Assembly (NCBI GenBank): GCA_964633465.1
Contig: CAZWGB010000001.1
Location: forward strand, 4,753-68,752
Length of the DNA stretch: 64,000 bases
Direction of reading: 5' to 3'
Source of the DNA: an uncultured Woeseiaceae bacterium
Lineage (GTDB): Bacteria > Pseudomonadota > Gammaproteobacteria > Steroidobacterales > UBA11654
Made by a program: the position numbers and the translations under genes. Positions 27,159-36,383 of the stretch are shown here, in pieces. The notes beneath the pieces were generated by a model that was not told where the DNA came from, made no database searches, and saw only the letters and a program-made list of their open reading frames with translations. Each line of letters opens with the position of its first letter. Position 1 is the first letter of the stretch.

Positions 27159-28025
27159 ATGAAAGACAAAATATGCTTAATCACTGGGACAGCCAGTGGG
27201 ATGGGAAGAGTTGCAGCTAAATCACTAGCAGAAAAAGGTACTACCCTAATCTTGGTAGATTTTGATACTGAAAATGGTCTTACCGCACGAGATGAAATTA
27301 TCGAAGCCACTGGTAACAAGTCAATTGAATACATCGATTGTGATGTTTCTTCCTTTTCAGAGCTACACCGTTTGTCCGACCATATTCATGAACATTATCC
27401 ACGTTTGGATGTTTTGATCAACAATGCAGGCATCACCGAGTCGATGAGGAGAGAAAACGAAGACGGGTTTGAGATGACATTGGCAACCAATTTTTTAGGT
27501 CCATTTTTGCTGACTCATCTTTTACTTGATTTGCTGCAAGCTGCAGTGCCATCAAGGATTATTAATATCTCTTCGGATGCTCATAGAATGGTTAAAGAAT
27601 TTGATTTTGATGACATCAACAATAGAAAACGTTGGAATAAAATCAACCATGGAACTGGATTCCAGGCATATGCACGTTCGAAAGCTTGTCTGAATGCATT
27701 CTCATTCAGGCTTGCTAGAAACCTGGCTGAAACCGGGATATCGGTTTACGCGGTTTCACCAGGATACTTTATCAACACCAATGCTCACCGTCATATGAGA
27801 GGAGCTTACGGGCTTTTAGTGAAAATAATTCGTCCTTTTCTTCAATCAGCAGACAGAGGTGCTTTGAATCACATAATGATGGCATCGGAAGAAAAATACC
27901 AAAACCAAACAGGATTCTACTGGGAGCATGGGGAAACCAAAGACGCATCAGCTTTTTCCTACGATCCTGTTTTCATTGACTTCGTTTGGAAGTATGCTTG
28001 TGATGCAACAAAGATTAGTGAATGA
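27159..28025 (+). CDS. Short-chain dehydrogenase/reductase (SDR) family oxidoreductase
   Basis: TGTASGMG cofactor motif, NNAG, and catalytic YARSK (YxxxK). Confidence 0.85.
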   Translation: MKDKICLITGTASGMGRVAAKSLAEKGTTLILVDFDTENGLTARDEIIEATGNKSIEYIDCDVSSFSELHRLSDHIHEHYPRLDVLINNAGITESMRRENEDGFEMTLATNFLGPFLLTHLLLDLLQAAVPSRIINISSDAHRMVKEFDFDDINNRKRWNKINHGTGFQAYARSKACLNAFSFRLARNLAETGISVYAVSPGYFINTNAHRHMRGAYGLLVKIIRPFLQSADRGALNHIMMASEEKYQNQTGFYWEHGETKDASAFSYDPVFIDFVWKYACDATKISE

Positions 28026-29788
28026 TCTTGGTCGATTACATGAAACAAGAAAAAAGAAAATACTTAGTTAACAAAGCTGAAATCACGAAACTGCGACTCT
28101 TATTTTTATTGTTAATAGCATTTACCTTAATTGCTTCATGCAACACTTATCCTCCATCAATGGAGCCCGAATTGATTGTCTTCAATGCCGATATCCGCAC
28201 CGTTGATCAAAACCAGATTCGAGCAGAAGCTTTTGCGATTAAGGATGGACGCTTTGTTGCTGTAGGCAACAATGAAGAGGTGCTAGATCTTAAAGCTGCA
28301 ACCACAGAATCCATCAATGCAAATGGGGCTACCATAGTCCCAGGCTTTATAGATAGCCATACTCATTTATCTTCCGGCTCTAAAATTGTCACCGGAATTA
28401 ACTTAACTGGTGTCAGAGAAAAATCCGTTTGGCTGGAAATGATTGCAGAAAGGGTTAAGACAATGGAACCCGGTGAATGGTTATTGGGCGGTCGCTGGGA
28501 TTATACTTTTGAGAATAAAGGCCTACCTACCCGTTGGGAATTAGATAATGTGTCTCCGAATAATCCAGTTGCACTTTCAGACATTGATGGACACTCCATG
28601 TGGGTAAATTCTTTGGCTATTGAAAAAGCTAATATAAGAGCGAATTCAGAAGTCCCACTAGGTGGGCAAATACTTGTTAATGAGTCATCCGGTGAACCAA
28701 ATGGAATCCTGCTCGAAGGTGCAATGCAGCTCATTTGGGATGCCCCAACTTATGTTAGAGATTCTAATCTATCCAGAGATCAGATAGAGCAGGTTTTGGA
28801 TTATGCCAACTCATTTGGTATTACTAGTGTCCATGACATGTCCAGTCGTATTGAATTAGATAAATATAAAGATTTGGCCAGCAATCAGAAATTATATGTC
28901 AGGATTTTTTGGGGAGAGCATTCAAAATTCAGTCAAGAAGAAGATAGCACTAATAATGCAAAACGCATCAATCAACTCATCAGCGATTATAAATTTCATG
29001 ATCAAGGTCGAGGACCCTTGATTGAATATGGATTTATTAAATATGTGATTGATGGAGTGCTATCCACCCATACAGCAGCGTTGATAGACCCCTATTCTGA
29101 TCGACCTGAGATTGTCGGAGAGCCATTCTATATTCAGGGAGAGATAAATCGATTAGTTAAACGTGCTAATAACCTTGGACTGCCAGTGGCAATTCATGCC
29201 ATCGGTGATAGAGGGGTTAAGATGGCTTTAAATGCATTTGAGTACAGTGGTAATGCATCTTTAGCCAACCGGATTGAGCATATTGAAATTATTGAACCTA
29301 GTGATATAGATAGATTTAAGAAGCTGAATGTCACAGCCTCAATGCAGCCCAATCACGGAACAGGAGTGATTGGTAAATACATTACTCCTAGAGTGGGTGT
29401 AGAAAGAGAGAAATATGCTTATGTGTGGAATGATTTTCTAAGATCTGAAGTTCGTCTAGCACTGAGCAGCGATTTTTCGACCTCTCCTTTTTCACCTCTG
29501 GTTCAATTGGCAGATGCAGTCTTCAGAGAAAGCCCAAGTGGCTTATATGAAAGCCCATGGTATCCTCAGCAGGCACTTACTTTTGAGCAAGCCCTGTATG
29601 CCTATACACAAGTTGGTGCAGATCTAGCAGGGTGGGGAGATCAAATTGGTAGCATCAGTGTTGGAAAATGGGCTGATTTCGTAGTCTTGGATGGTGCACT
29701 CAATGATCCTGTAGGTCGTGAGCTCAAACAACGCAATGTAGCCAATACATATTTCGCTGGACGAAAAGTTTTTTCAACAGACGATTAA
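28022..29788 (+). CDS. Amidohydrolase-family (Amidohydro_3-type) metal-dependent hydrolase, probable lipoprotein
   Basis: Lipobox-like LIASC after a hydrophobic leader. GFIDSHTH metal-binding motif and later HAIGD. ATGA overlap with the SDR gene; an alternative ATG lies at 28040. Confidence 0.8.
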   Translation: MILVDYMKQEKRKYLVNKAEITKLRLLFLLLIAFTLIASCNTYPPSMEPELIVFNADIRTVDQNQIRAEAFAIKDGRFVAVGNNEEVLDLKAATTESINANGATIVPGFIDSHTHLSSGSKIVTGINLTGVREKSVWLEMIAERVKTMEPGEWLLGGRWDYTFENKGLPTRWELDNVSPNNPVALSDIDGHSMWVNSLAIEKANIRANSEVPLGGQILVNESSGEPNGILLEGAMQLIWDAPTYVRDSNLSRDQIEQVLDYANSFGITSVHDMSSRIELDKYKDLASNQKLYVRIFWGEHSKFSQEEDSTNNAKRINQLISDYKFHDQGRGPLIEYGFIKYVIDGVLSTHTAALIDPYSDRPEIVGEPFYIQGEINRLVKRANNLGLPVAIHAIGDRGVKMALNAFEYSGNASLANRIEHIEIIEPSDIDRFKKLNVTASMQPNHGTGVIGKYITPRVGVEREKYAYVWNDFLRSEVRLALSSDFSTSPFSPLVQLADAVFRESPSGLYESPWYPQQALTFEQALYAYTQVGADLAGWGDQIGSISVGKWADFVVLDGALNDPVGRELKQRNVANTYFAGRKVFSTDD

Positions 29789-29806
29789 ATCAAAAGGAGC
29801 AAAGAT

Positions 29807-30157
29807 ATTTCAGATCTAGACACAATTGTTTTAACGACAGCTCCAACAGTAGCCAATAGAGAGATAGATCATGAAATAGAAGTGATTACGGCTGAATGTG
29901 TTTTTGGCATGAATATTTTCAGGGATTTTTTTGCTGGGATTCGCGACATATTCGGCGGCAGAAGTGAAGCCAGTCAGAAAGTCTTGAAAGATGCACGGCA
30001 GACCTGTCTGCGAGAATTGAAACTAGAAGCCGATGAACTTGGTGCTGATGCAATTATCGGTATTGATCTTGACTACCAAGAGTTCTCAGGGAAGGGTAAA
30101 GGCATGTTGTTTTTGGTGGCTTCCGGGACAGCTGTTAAATTAAAACCTCTAAGCTAA
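29807..30157 (+). CDS. ybjQ: YbjQ/UPF0145 family protein, apparently initiated at a non-canonical ATT codon
   Basis: [18 protein letters not shown]...[12 protein letters not shown] is a strong YbjQ match. The conserved N-terminal part ([10 protein letters not shown]...EVITAE) lies upstream of the only canonical start (GTG 29882). In that frame only ATT codons are available: 29807, which is 7 nt after AAGGAG; and 29825, which aligns with E. coli Met1. Confidence 0.75.
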   Translation: MSDLDTIVLTTAPTVANREIDHEIEVITAECVFGMNIFRDFFAGIRDIFGGRSEASQKVLKDARQTCLRELKLEADELGADAIIGIDLDYQEFSGKGKGMLFLVASGTAVKLKPLS

Positions 30158-30158
30158 T

Positions 30159-30788
30159 CTATAGTAAAACTAAGATTTTTTTAACGTCCATGCTAAGTTC
30201 TTTCGGAGTTGCTGTGGGCTTGAAAGAGGCAACCAGTTTGCCATCAGGGTTGGTTAAAAATAAGCCAGCCGTATGATTCATCTCGTAAAGATAATCCTCC
30301 TCGTCATCACCAATTTTTTGGAAATAAACACTTAAGTTAGCCGTTAATTTTTTTATTTCATCCAGAGTACCCGTAACACCGATAAATTCAGGGTTGAAAG
30401 CAGTCAAATACTCTTTCAATGTTTCTGGCTTGTCTCTGTCTGGGTCAATGGATACAAAAATGACTTGAGGTTGTTTGACGGCTTTGTCTTCATCAAGAAT
30501 TTTATAAATTTCTGTCAGTTTGAAAACCGTGGTTGGACAAACGTCGGGGCATTTACTGTAGCCAAAAAATATCAGAGACCATTTTTCTTTTAAATCCTTA
30601 TGTTGAAAAGGTTTGCCTGTATGATCTATAAGATCAAATGCCACCAATTCCATTGGTTGAGCCAGTGCTTTGCCTGTCTCCAAAACGGTTGTTTTGCTGA
30701 TAAAAGTAGGCAAATTTATTGCCAGACTGTAGGCAGCAATAACGACAAAAATTATAAGACCAAGAAAAAAGCCTGTTTTTTTATTCAC
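30159..30788 (-). CDS. SCO1/SenC family copper chaperone / thiol-disulfide oxidoreductase
   Basis: N-terminal TM anchor, a CPDVCP (CxxxC) motif in a thioredoxin-like fold, and a downstream conserved His region (NHTAGLFL). Confidence 0.85.
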   Translation of the reverse strand: MNKKTGFFLGLIIFVVIAAYSLAINLPTFISKTTVLETGKALAQPMELVAFDLIDHTGKPFQHKDLKEKWSLIFFGYSKCPDVCPTTVFKLTEIYKILDEDKAVKQPQVIFVSIDPDRDKPETLKEYLTAFNPEFIGVTGTLDEIKKLTANLSVYFQKIGDDEEDYLYEMNHTAGLFLTNPDGKLVASFKPTATPKELSMDVKKILVLL

Positions 30789-30819
30789 GACTAATCCCTT
30801 TATGGTTATACATGAGTAT

Positions 30820-30972
30820 CTATACTCTGGGTCCGCAAATTACTGCAACCGGGTTGTATTCAGGAAAGAAAATTGGAGACAGATAACCCCAACCATTAAA
30901 TACAATAAGGATAATGAAGGGAATCATGACGATTACCGCTATAACGAAGAAATATTTCTTGTCTTGATCCAT
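30820..30972 (-). CDS. Possible 50-aa single-TM protein (not in ORF track)
   Basis: ATG 30972: MDQDKKYFFVIAVIVMIPFIILIVFNGWGYLSPIFFPEYNPVAVICGPRV. It fills the gap between the flavoprotein and SCO1 genes on the same strand. No clear RBS and no homology recognised. Confidence 0.3.
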   Translation of the reverse strand: MDQDKKYFFVIAVIVMIPFIILIVFNGWGYLSPIFFPEYNPVAVICGPRV

Positions 30973-31006
30973 TTTTAAAGTCAGCCTATTTTATATTTTT
31001 TTATCT

Positions 31007-32194
31007 TCAAATAAAACGATCGGGACGAAAATCAGCCAATAAATTTGTTTCTGTTCCATCAAGTAATTCCATGGCAACCAGCTCCCCAATGATAGGTGCA
31101 AGGGTAACTCCACTGTGCATGGTTGCAAGATAAGTCCCAGGAGTATTTTTAACGTGGCCCACAACAGGTCTTTCATCGTTTGGTAAAGGTCTCCAACCAA
31201 TCACAACTTCCTCCAATTCAATGGCTTCCAACTGGGGGACAAATTGTTGTGCAATAGCCAGAATGCGTTCGCTATGCTGCATTTCAAATGCTGCACTAGG
31301 AAACGATTCAGGTTTCAAGTCAAGGCGTTCCAGATGAGACATGGGCGCACCTGTTTGTTCCCCGATTACCACTGTTCCATCGTTTTGTTGATGGATATGC
31401 ACACCCGGTGCCACAATTACTCGATCAATGACTTTTTTCATTGGCTGGGTTCTGAGAATGATTCCCGGTTTAGACGTTTTGAGAACATCAATCTTGAGTA
31501 AATCATCGGTATCAACACCACAAGCAAAAACCACTTGATCAGCCTCAATTTCCCCGGCAGATGTCTTGATAGCTACGATTTTTTGTCCAATAGTCTTCAA
31601 GCCTTCATAAGTTACAGGGTGAAAAATATCACCGCCTAAACTAACGGTTTTGCTGAGAAATCTATCCACCAACTTAACCGCATCAACGGCTCCATCTATT
31701 TGTGAAAAAGCAATTTTGGCATTTTTGTCAAATTTTACGTTTGGTTCAAGCTCTTTGGCTTTTTCATCACTGATCATCTCAATGGGAACTCCATAGTCTT
31801 GTTGAATCTTGATTTCTTGTGTAAGCATTTTTTGATTCTCTGGTGACGTGAACCATTCCAAAGAGCCACCCCAATGAACATCAATACCAATTTTAGTCTC
31901 CAGTCTGTGATAGGCGAGTAAACTGAGTCGCGATAGATGATGATAGCTGTAGGGTTTTTTTGGATAAGAGGCATTGATCCAGGCAAAAGATTTGCCACTC
32001 GCATGTGCGGCTGGTTGATCACGTTCAATAACAGTGACTTCAGCTCCCATTTTTGTAAGATGATAAGCAATTGAGGAGCCGACAATACCTGCGCCTACAA
32101 CAACAATCCGATTGCCATTTATCAGTGCTTTTAAGCCAGAAGACCTTGCTATGAGTGCACTGCTCAATAGTTTTGCAAATGTGCGTCTATCCAT
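31007..32194 (-). CDS. FAD-dependent oxidoreductase (DAO/D-amino-acid-oxidase-type) with a twin-arginine signal
   Basis: MDRRTFAKLL Tat-like motif, followed by the VVVGAGIVGSSIAYHL dinucleotide-binding motif; 395 aa. Confidence 0.8.
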   Translation of the reverse strand: MDRRTFAKLLSSALIARSSGLKALINGNRIVVVGAGIVGSSIAYHLTKMGAEVTVIERDQPAAHASGKSFAWINASYPKKPYSYHHLSRLSLLAYHRLETKIGIDVHWGGSLEWFTSPENQKMLTQEIKIQQDYGVPIEMISDEKAKELEPNVKFDKNAKIAFSQIDGAVDAVKLVDRFLSKTVSLGGDIFHPVTYEGLKTIGQKIVAIKTSAGEIEADQVVFACGVDTDDLLKIDVLKTSKPGIILRTQPMKKVIDRVIVAPGVHIHQQNDGTVVIGEQTGAPMSHLERLDLKPESFPSAAFEMQHSERILAIAQQFVPQLEAIELEEVVIGWRPLPNDERPVVGHVKNTPGTYLATMHSGVTLAPIIGELVAMELLDGTETNLLADFRPDRFI

Positions 32195-32289
32195 GAGATT
32201 ATTTTCTCATTTTTTCAATACAAATGTTTGTAATCACTTAAGAACTAGAGCAAACTACTTTCATTTTAAAAATCCCAGAGAATCAAAAT

Positions 32290-34602
32290 ATGGGTGGAAG
32301 CTTTTCAGCACTAAAAATCTTCATAATTATTGTTGTTATGAATGCAATTTTTTCTGCCTTTTCCAATGCTGCAATCACGATCGATGGACGTTTGGACGAA
32401 TTGGAATGGAAGCAAGCACAGCGATTTGTAAGCTTTGTCGAAACCCGTCCTTTCAGCTTAAAGGAATCGACAATTCCTACCGAGGTTTTGGTACTAACTG
32501 ATGAAAAAGGAATTTATATTGGGTTTATCAACCAACAATCATGGGATACTCGATACAGAAGGAAGCAAGAGCGTGATGCAATGTGGTCTGATTCCGACCG
32601 AAATTTCCTCTCCATTGATTTTGATGGCAAAGCCAACATAGGCTACTTTTTTGGCGTCTCTCTGGGAGGTTCCATGAGTGATGGCTCAATCAGCGGTGAG
32701 AGCCAGATGGATAGAGATTGGGATGGGGATTGGGAAGTGAAAGTATCTGAATCTGAAACCCATTGGTATTCGGAATTTTTTCTTCCCTGGACTGTGGTGC
32801 CAATGATGTCAGACAAGCAAAGTACCAGAGATATCGGTGTTTATTTTTCCCGACAAATGATGGATGAAGGAAAAGTGGTCGGATTTCCAGGAATTAATTA
32901 TGAGAGAAAAAAATTTCTCTCTCGTTTCCATCCGGTTACTGTCAATCAATACGATTCGACTAAATTCGTTGCTTTTCCTTATGCAGTAAGTTCGTATGAT
33001 AATTTGCAAGATTCTGCTGAATATCAGGCAGGATTGGATCTGTTTTGGGCTTTGGGCAATGGTCGGGAGCTGAACATGACTGTAAATCCTGACTTTGGGC
33101 AGGTTGAAAGTGATGAAGTGGTAATAAATTTTTCTCCTGTTGAAACGTGGCTTTCAGACAGAAGACCATTTTTCGCTGAAAACCAAGGGCTATTTAACAT
33201 TTCCTCCGGCGACTATGGCCTTATCAATACCCGCAGAATTGGTAGTTCTCCTGACTATAATTGCGATGAATTCTCAACTGCAAATGGTGGTTCTGATGTT
33301 TTGCAGGACTCCTGTAAGAATGAACAAAAGGCAAACAATGACATTGACACGGCTTTAAAGTTTACCCAACTAGGAGAAAATACCGATGTTGGTTTGTTTG
33401 CTGCTTTTGAGGATGATGAAGCATTTAGTAAAGGACGTGAATTTTATTCTATCAGAGCCCTGAGGAGATTAAACCAGCATAAGATTGGGTATCTTGCTAC
33501 TCACGTTCAAAGAGATGCCTTGGATAGAAGCGCTACCGTCCATGCTTTTGATTACGAGAATCAAGCAACGGAGGCTCTGACGTTAAATAGTTTACTGATG
33601 TATTCAGACACTGCCGATGAAAGTGGCTTCGGGATGCGTTTTGGTATGAGTTACGATCCTAATAAAAACTGGAATAATGGCATTTCTTATTACCGTTTTG
33701 ACGATGAATTAAATATCAATGATATGGGTTACATGTCCCGGAATAATTTGAGTAATCTTAGAACTTTTACCATGTATACTCAGACCGATTTTGAGACAGC
33801 CTCAAAAATTTTAGAACGTAAATACATTTTTGATTTTTCAAAACGAGCAGATACTCATGGTCTTCAATTGGTGCAAAGAGCCAATCTCTCCTTTAGCCAA
33901 TCATTTAAAGATACTTCTGGTTTTGAAATTAAGGTAGGGCTTGACTCATCGGGAAAAAATGATCTATTGACTCGAGGCAGTGTGTTGGCACCCTTTGTTA
34001 AATTTGGTCAAGAACAGGAGTTTGCATTGACTTACTACAGTAGACAAAACGAGAGTTGGAGTTATTGGGCACATTTTGAAAAAGAAAGACAATCGTATCC
34101 ATTATTTACTGATAGTGCAAAGAGCATAGGGGTGGGTGGAAATTATTACCCTTCAGACGATCTAAAATTGAGTATGAGGCTACATAAGCGTGAGTCTACG
34201 AGTTGGATCAATTGGATTGGGGACAACAAGATTGGAGTTTACCCACTTGATCGTTTCTCCATCAGAATCAACGCCACTTGGTTTCCAAAAGAAAATCACG
34301 AACTGCGTATTAAATTTCAAACCACTGTTATGGAAACTGAGACTGGAGTCGAGTGGTTGGCTGACACCAACGGTAACTTGAGTTCTACCAATACTTCAGC
34401 TGCTGGGTTTGATCTTGGGCAATTGGCGTTCCAGATCAGGTATAAATATGAAATTAGCTCACTGTCGCATTTCTATGCTGTCTATACCCGAGGAGGCAGA
34501 CATTACGAAGATGATGATGTGAGTGTTGGTAAGATAATTAGTGGAACCTGGGACAACCCAAAAGAAAACAGATTTACATTGAAGCTAAGAATAAAGTTTT
34601 GA
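32290..34602 (+). CDS. Large secreted/outer-membrane protein, CBM9-like N-terminal domain plus DUF5916-like beta-rich region
   Basis: Signal peptide, then ITIDGRLDELEWKQAQ...E..V..D..GIYIGF pattern typical of CBM9-like/DUF5916 proteins. The aromatic-rich alternating sequence and the terminal ...RIKF are consistent with an outer-membrane beta-barrel. Confidence 0.55.
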   Translation: MGGSFSALKIFIIIVVMNAIFSAFSNAAITIDGRLDELEWKQAQRFVSFVETRPFSLKESTIPTEVLVLTDEKGIYIGFINQQSWDTRYRRKQERDAMWSDSDRNFLSIDFDGKANIGYFFGVSLGGSMSDGSISGESQMDRDWDGDWEVKVSESETHWYSEFFLPWTVVPMMSDKQSTRDIGVYFSRQMMDEGKVVGFPGINYERKKFLSRFHPVTVNQYDSTKFVAFPYAVSSYDNLQDSAEYQAGLDLFWALGNGRELNMTVNPDFGQVESDEVVINFSPVETWLSDRRPFFAENQGLFNISSGDYGLINTRRIGSSPDYNCDEFSTANGGSDVLQDSCKNEQKANNDIDTALKFTQLGENTDVGLFAAFEDDEAFSKGREFYSIRALRRLNQHKIGYLATHVQRDALDRSATVHAFDYENQATEALTLNSLLMYSDTADESGFGMRFGMSYDPNKNWNNGISYYRFDDELNINDMGYMSRNNLSNLRTFTMYTQTDFETASKILERKYIFDFSKRADTHGLQLVQRANLSFSQSFKDTSGFEIKVGLDSSGKNDLLTRGSVLAPFVKFGQEQEFALTYYSRQNESWSYWAHFEKERQSYPLFTDSAKSIGVGGNYYPSDDLKLSMRLHKRESTSWINWIGDNKIGVYPLDRFSIRINATWFPKENHELRIKFQTTVMETETGVEWLADTNGNLSSTNTSAAGFDLGQLAFQIRYKYEISSLSHFYAVYTRGGRHYEDDDVSVGKIISGTWDNPKENRFTLKLRIKF

Positions 34603-34676
34603 TCTAAGGTCTAAAGAATAAGCCACCATCTGCAGATTACATCCGCTGCTGAAAAACCTAACAAATAGAAAATCTA

Positions 34677-34694
34677 AGCCAACAGTAGTTGGCT
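34677..34694. terminator. Hairpin between convergent genes (possible bidirectional terminator)
   Basis: agccaac (34677-34683) pairs with gttggct (34688-34694), loop agta. T-rich sequence follows on both strands (ctttatctt / ttagattttct). Confidence 0.4.
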
Positions 34695-34696
34695 CT

Positions 34697-34891
34697 TTAT
34701 CTTGGGATTTCGGTTTGGTTTTCTTTGTTGATTTTGTCTTTGTAGAGCAATTTTTCTTTTTTTAAAGTTCGTATTATTTGCCAGGTATTGCTGCTACGGT
34801 CTTGATCTCTTAATTCTTCTAGTTGATCAATTTTAGTTTTTAAATAGTTGTGTTCTTCTTTTAGTTTTTTGAGTTTTTTAGATGCTTTCAT
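34697..34891 (-). CDS. DUF465/YdcH-like small coiled-coil protein
   Basis: From ATG 34891: MKASKKLKKLKEEHNYLKTKIDQLEE....LKKEKLLYKDKI matches the DUF465 pattern (..EH..L...I..LE......LKK.KL.LKD.I). The longer track ORF (to 34987) overlaps the upstream gene. Confidence 0.6.
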   Translation of the reverse strand: MKASKKLKKLKEEHNYLKTKIDQLEELRDQDRSSNTWQIIRTLKKEKLLYKDKINKENQTEIPR

Positions 34892-34899
34892 GAATAATT

Positions 34900-35535
34900 C
34901 TAGGTTTCTCCTATTTGATTTAGCCACTTCCAATTTAGCAGAAAAATGAAAGATAAACCAATCAAAATAACCACCACGATTAACCAATTACTCAGTTCAC
35001 CCTGTGCAGCATTGTCTACAGAGAGAACCAAAAACCAAATACCGGAAGATGCGGATAAAGCAGTTAGTCCATGAAACAATTGCGCTTTTGTTCTTATCAG
35101 CAAGTTGAAGAAATAAAGGGTCATCACTACGGTTGCTAGCTGGAGAAAAATAATGGGATCCGAAAAGATATAGAATCCGATTATGACATTGAGCAAACCT
35201 ATGATGCTGATAGGAAAGAAAACAAGCTGCTCTTTAATGTAAAAAATTGGAGTTGTTAGTATTGCCAGCACAGCAGTCCAAAGAATCCAGTTGGCATTAC
35301 CCATCAATGCGATAAGGATGAACGCTTGCCCGGTTAAAATAAAAAAAGTAAAAAGACCATCGAACAATCCAGACTCTTTCCCGCTTGCAGTTTCAGCGGT
35401 TATGTACCAGTGATCTTTGGTATTTTGAATAATTTCAAAAAGACTGCCCACAATAAGACAACTCGAGGCATAATACAGAAAATCAGGTCGATGAATTGTT
35501 TCACTTAGGTAGCCTGAATGCTTCTCGACCATCAT
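34900..35535 (-). CDS. Integral membrane protein, unknown function (about 6 TM)
   Basis: 211-aa hydrophobic ORF. An open, TM-like in-frame extension without a canonical start exists upstream (see noticed_but_rejected). Confidence 0.55.
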   Translation of the reverse strand: MMVEKHSGYLSETIHRPDFLYYASSCLIVGSLFEIIQNTKDHWYITAETASGKESGLFDGLFTFFILTGQAFILIALMGNANWILWTAVLAILTTPIFYIKEQLVFFPISIIGLLNVIIGFYIFSDPIIFLQLATVVMTLYFFNLLIRTKAQLFHGLTALSASSGIWFLVLSVDNAAQGELSNWLIVVVILIGLSFIFLLNWKWLNQIGET

Positions 35536-35718
35536 AACAATTGCTAAGGGTACCAGCAGAGCATATGCATGTGCGGAGAATACCCAAATGGCAGTATTCC
35601 AAGGCAGTCTAATATATTTTTTTAGTGTGCTCAGGTTTCTAATATTTTGAAGATTGACTTACAGCAATCATACATTATATGTTTGTGTTGTAGACCAAGA
35701 GTAAATTTTTTATTGATT

Positions 35719-36357
35719 ATGGAAGCTGAAAGAGCAAAGCTTATAGAGACCCTAAGAGATCAGGGTATCAAGAATCAAGAAGTACTGAATTGTATTGCCA
35801 AGATTCCAAGACATCTCTACGTCGATGAGTTTTACCAACATCGAGCATATTGGAATCGTCCATTGCCCATCGATGAGGGACAGACAATCTCCCAGCCTTA
35901 CATCGTCGCTCTGATGACAGAGACATTGTTAAGCAACGATTTTAAAAAAGTAAATAACAAGAAAGTATTGGAAATCGGTACCGGTTCTGGATATCAAACA
36001 GCCGTGTTGGCACGCTTGTATAAGGAAGTTTATACAGTAGAGAGAATTAAAAACCTGATGGAAAGAGCTCATAGAGTTAATCAATCTTTTGATATTGAAA
36101 ACATTATTTATAAGAATGCTGATGGTTGGTTGGGTTGGCCCGAAGAAGCTCCATTTGATGGGATCATAGTAACTGCAACTTGTGGGACAGTCCCTAATTT
36201 CTTGATAGACCAGCTTAAAGTAGGGGCTAATTTAATTGTACCGATCGGTCCAAAGTCCTCACAAATACTCTACCGTATCAATAAAACTGAGAACAGCTAC
36301 AATCAGGAAGCACTGTGTGCTGTATCTTTTGTACCTATGCTAGAAGGTTTATCTTGA
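35719..36357 (+). CDS. pcm: Protein-L-isoaspartate O-methyltransferase
   Basis: From ATG 35719: ...QTISQPYIVALMTE...VLEIGTGSGYQTAVLA..., classic Pcm motifs. Confidence 0.9.
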   Translation: MEAERAKLIETLRDQGIKNQEVLNCIAKIPRHLYVDEFYQHRAYWNRPLPIDEGQTISQPYIVALMTETLLSNDFKKVNNKKVLEIGTGSGYQTAVLARLYKEVYTVERIKNLMERAHRVNQSFDIENIIYKNADGWLGWPEEAPFDGIIVTATCGTVPNFLIDQLKVGANLIVPIGPKSSQILYRINKTENSYNQEALCAVSFVPMLEGLS

Positions 36358-36383
36358 AACCTTGCTTGAATTCACTTACGGGT

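Noticed and set aside
35536-35658. 41-codon open in-frame extension upstream of the membrane protein gene (…LKKYIRLPWNTAIWVFSAHAYALLVPLAIV-MMVEK), TM-like, with no ATG/GTG/TTG
   Set aside because: It is tempting as a third non-canonical (ATT/CTG) start, but there is no homology support and no SD. A plausible promoter (TTGCTG-17-TATTAG) lies within it. It is left as unresolved rather than called.
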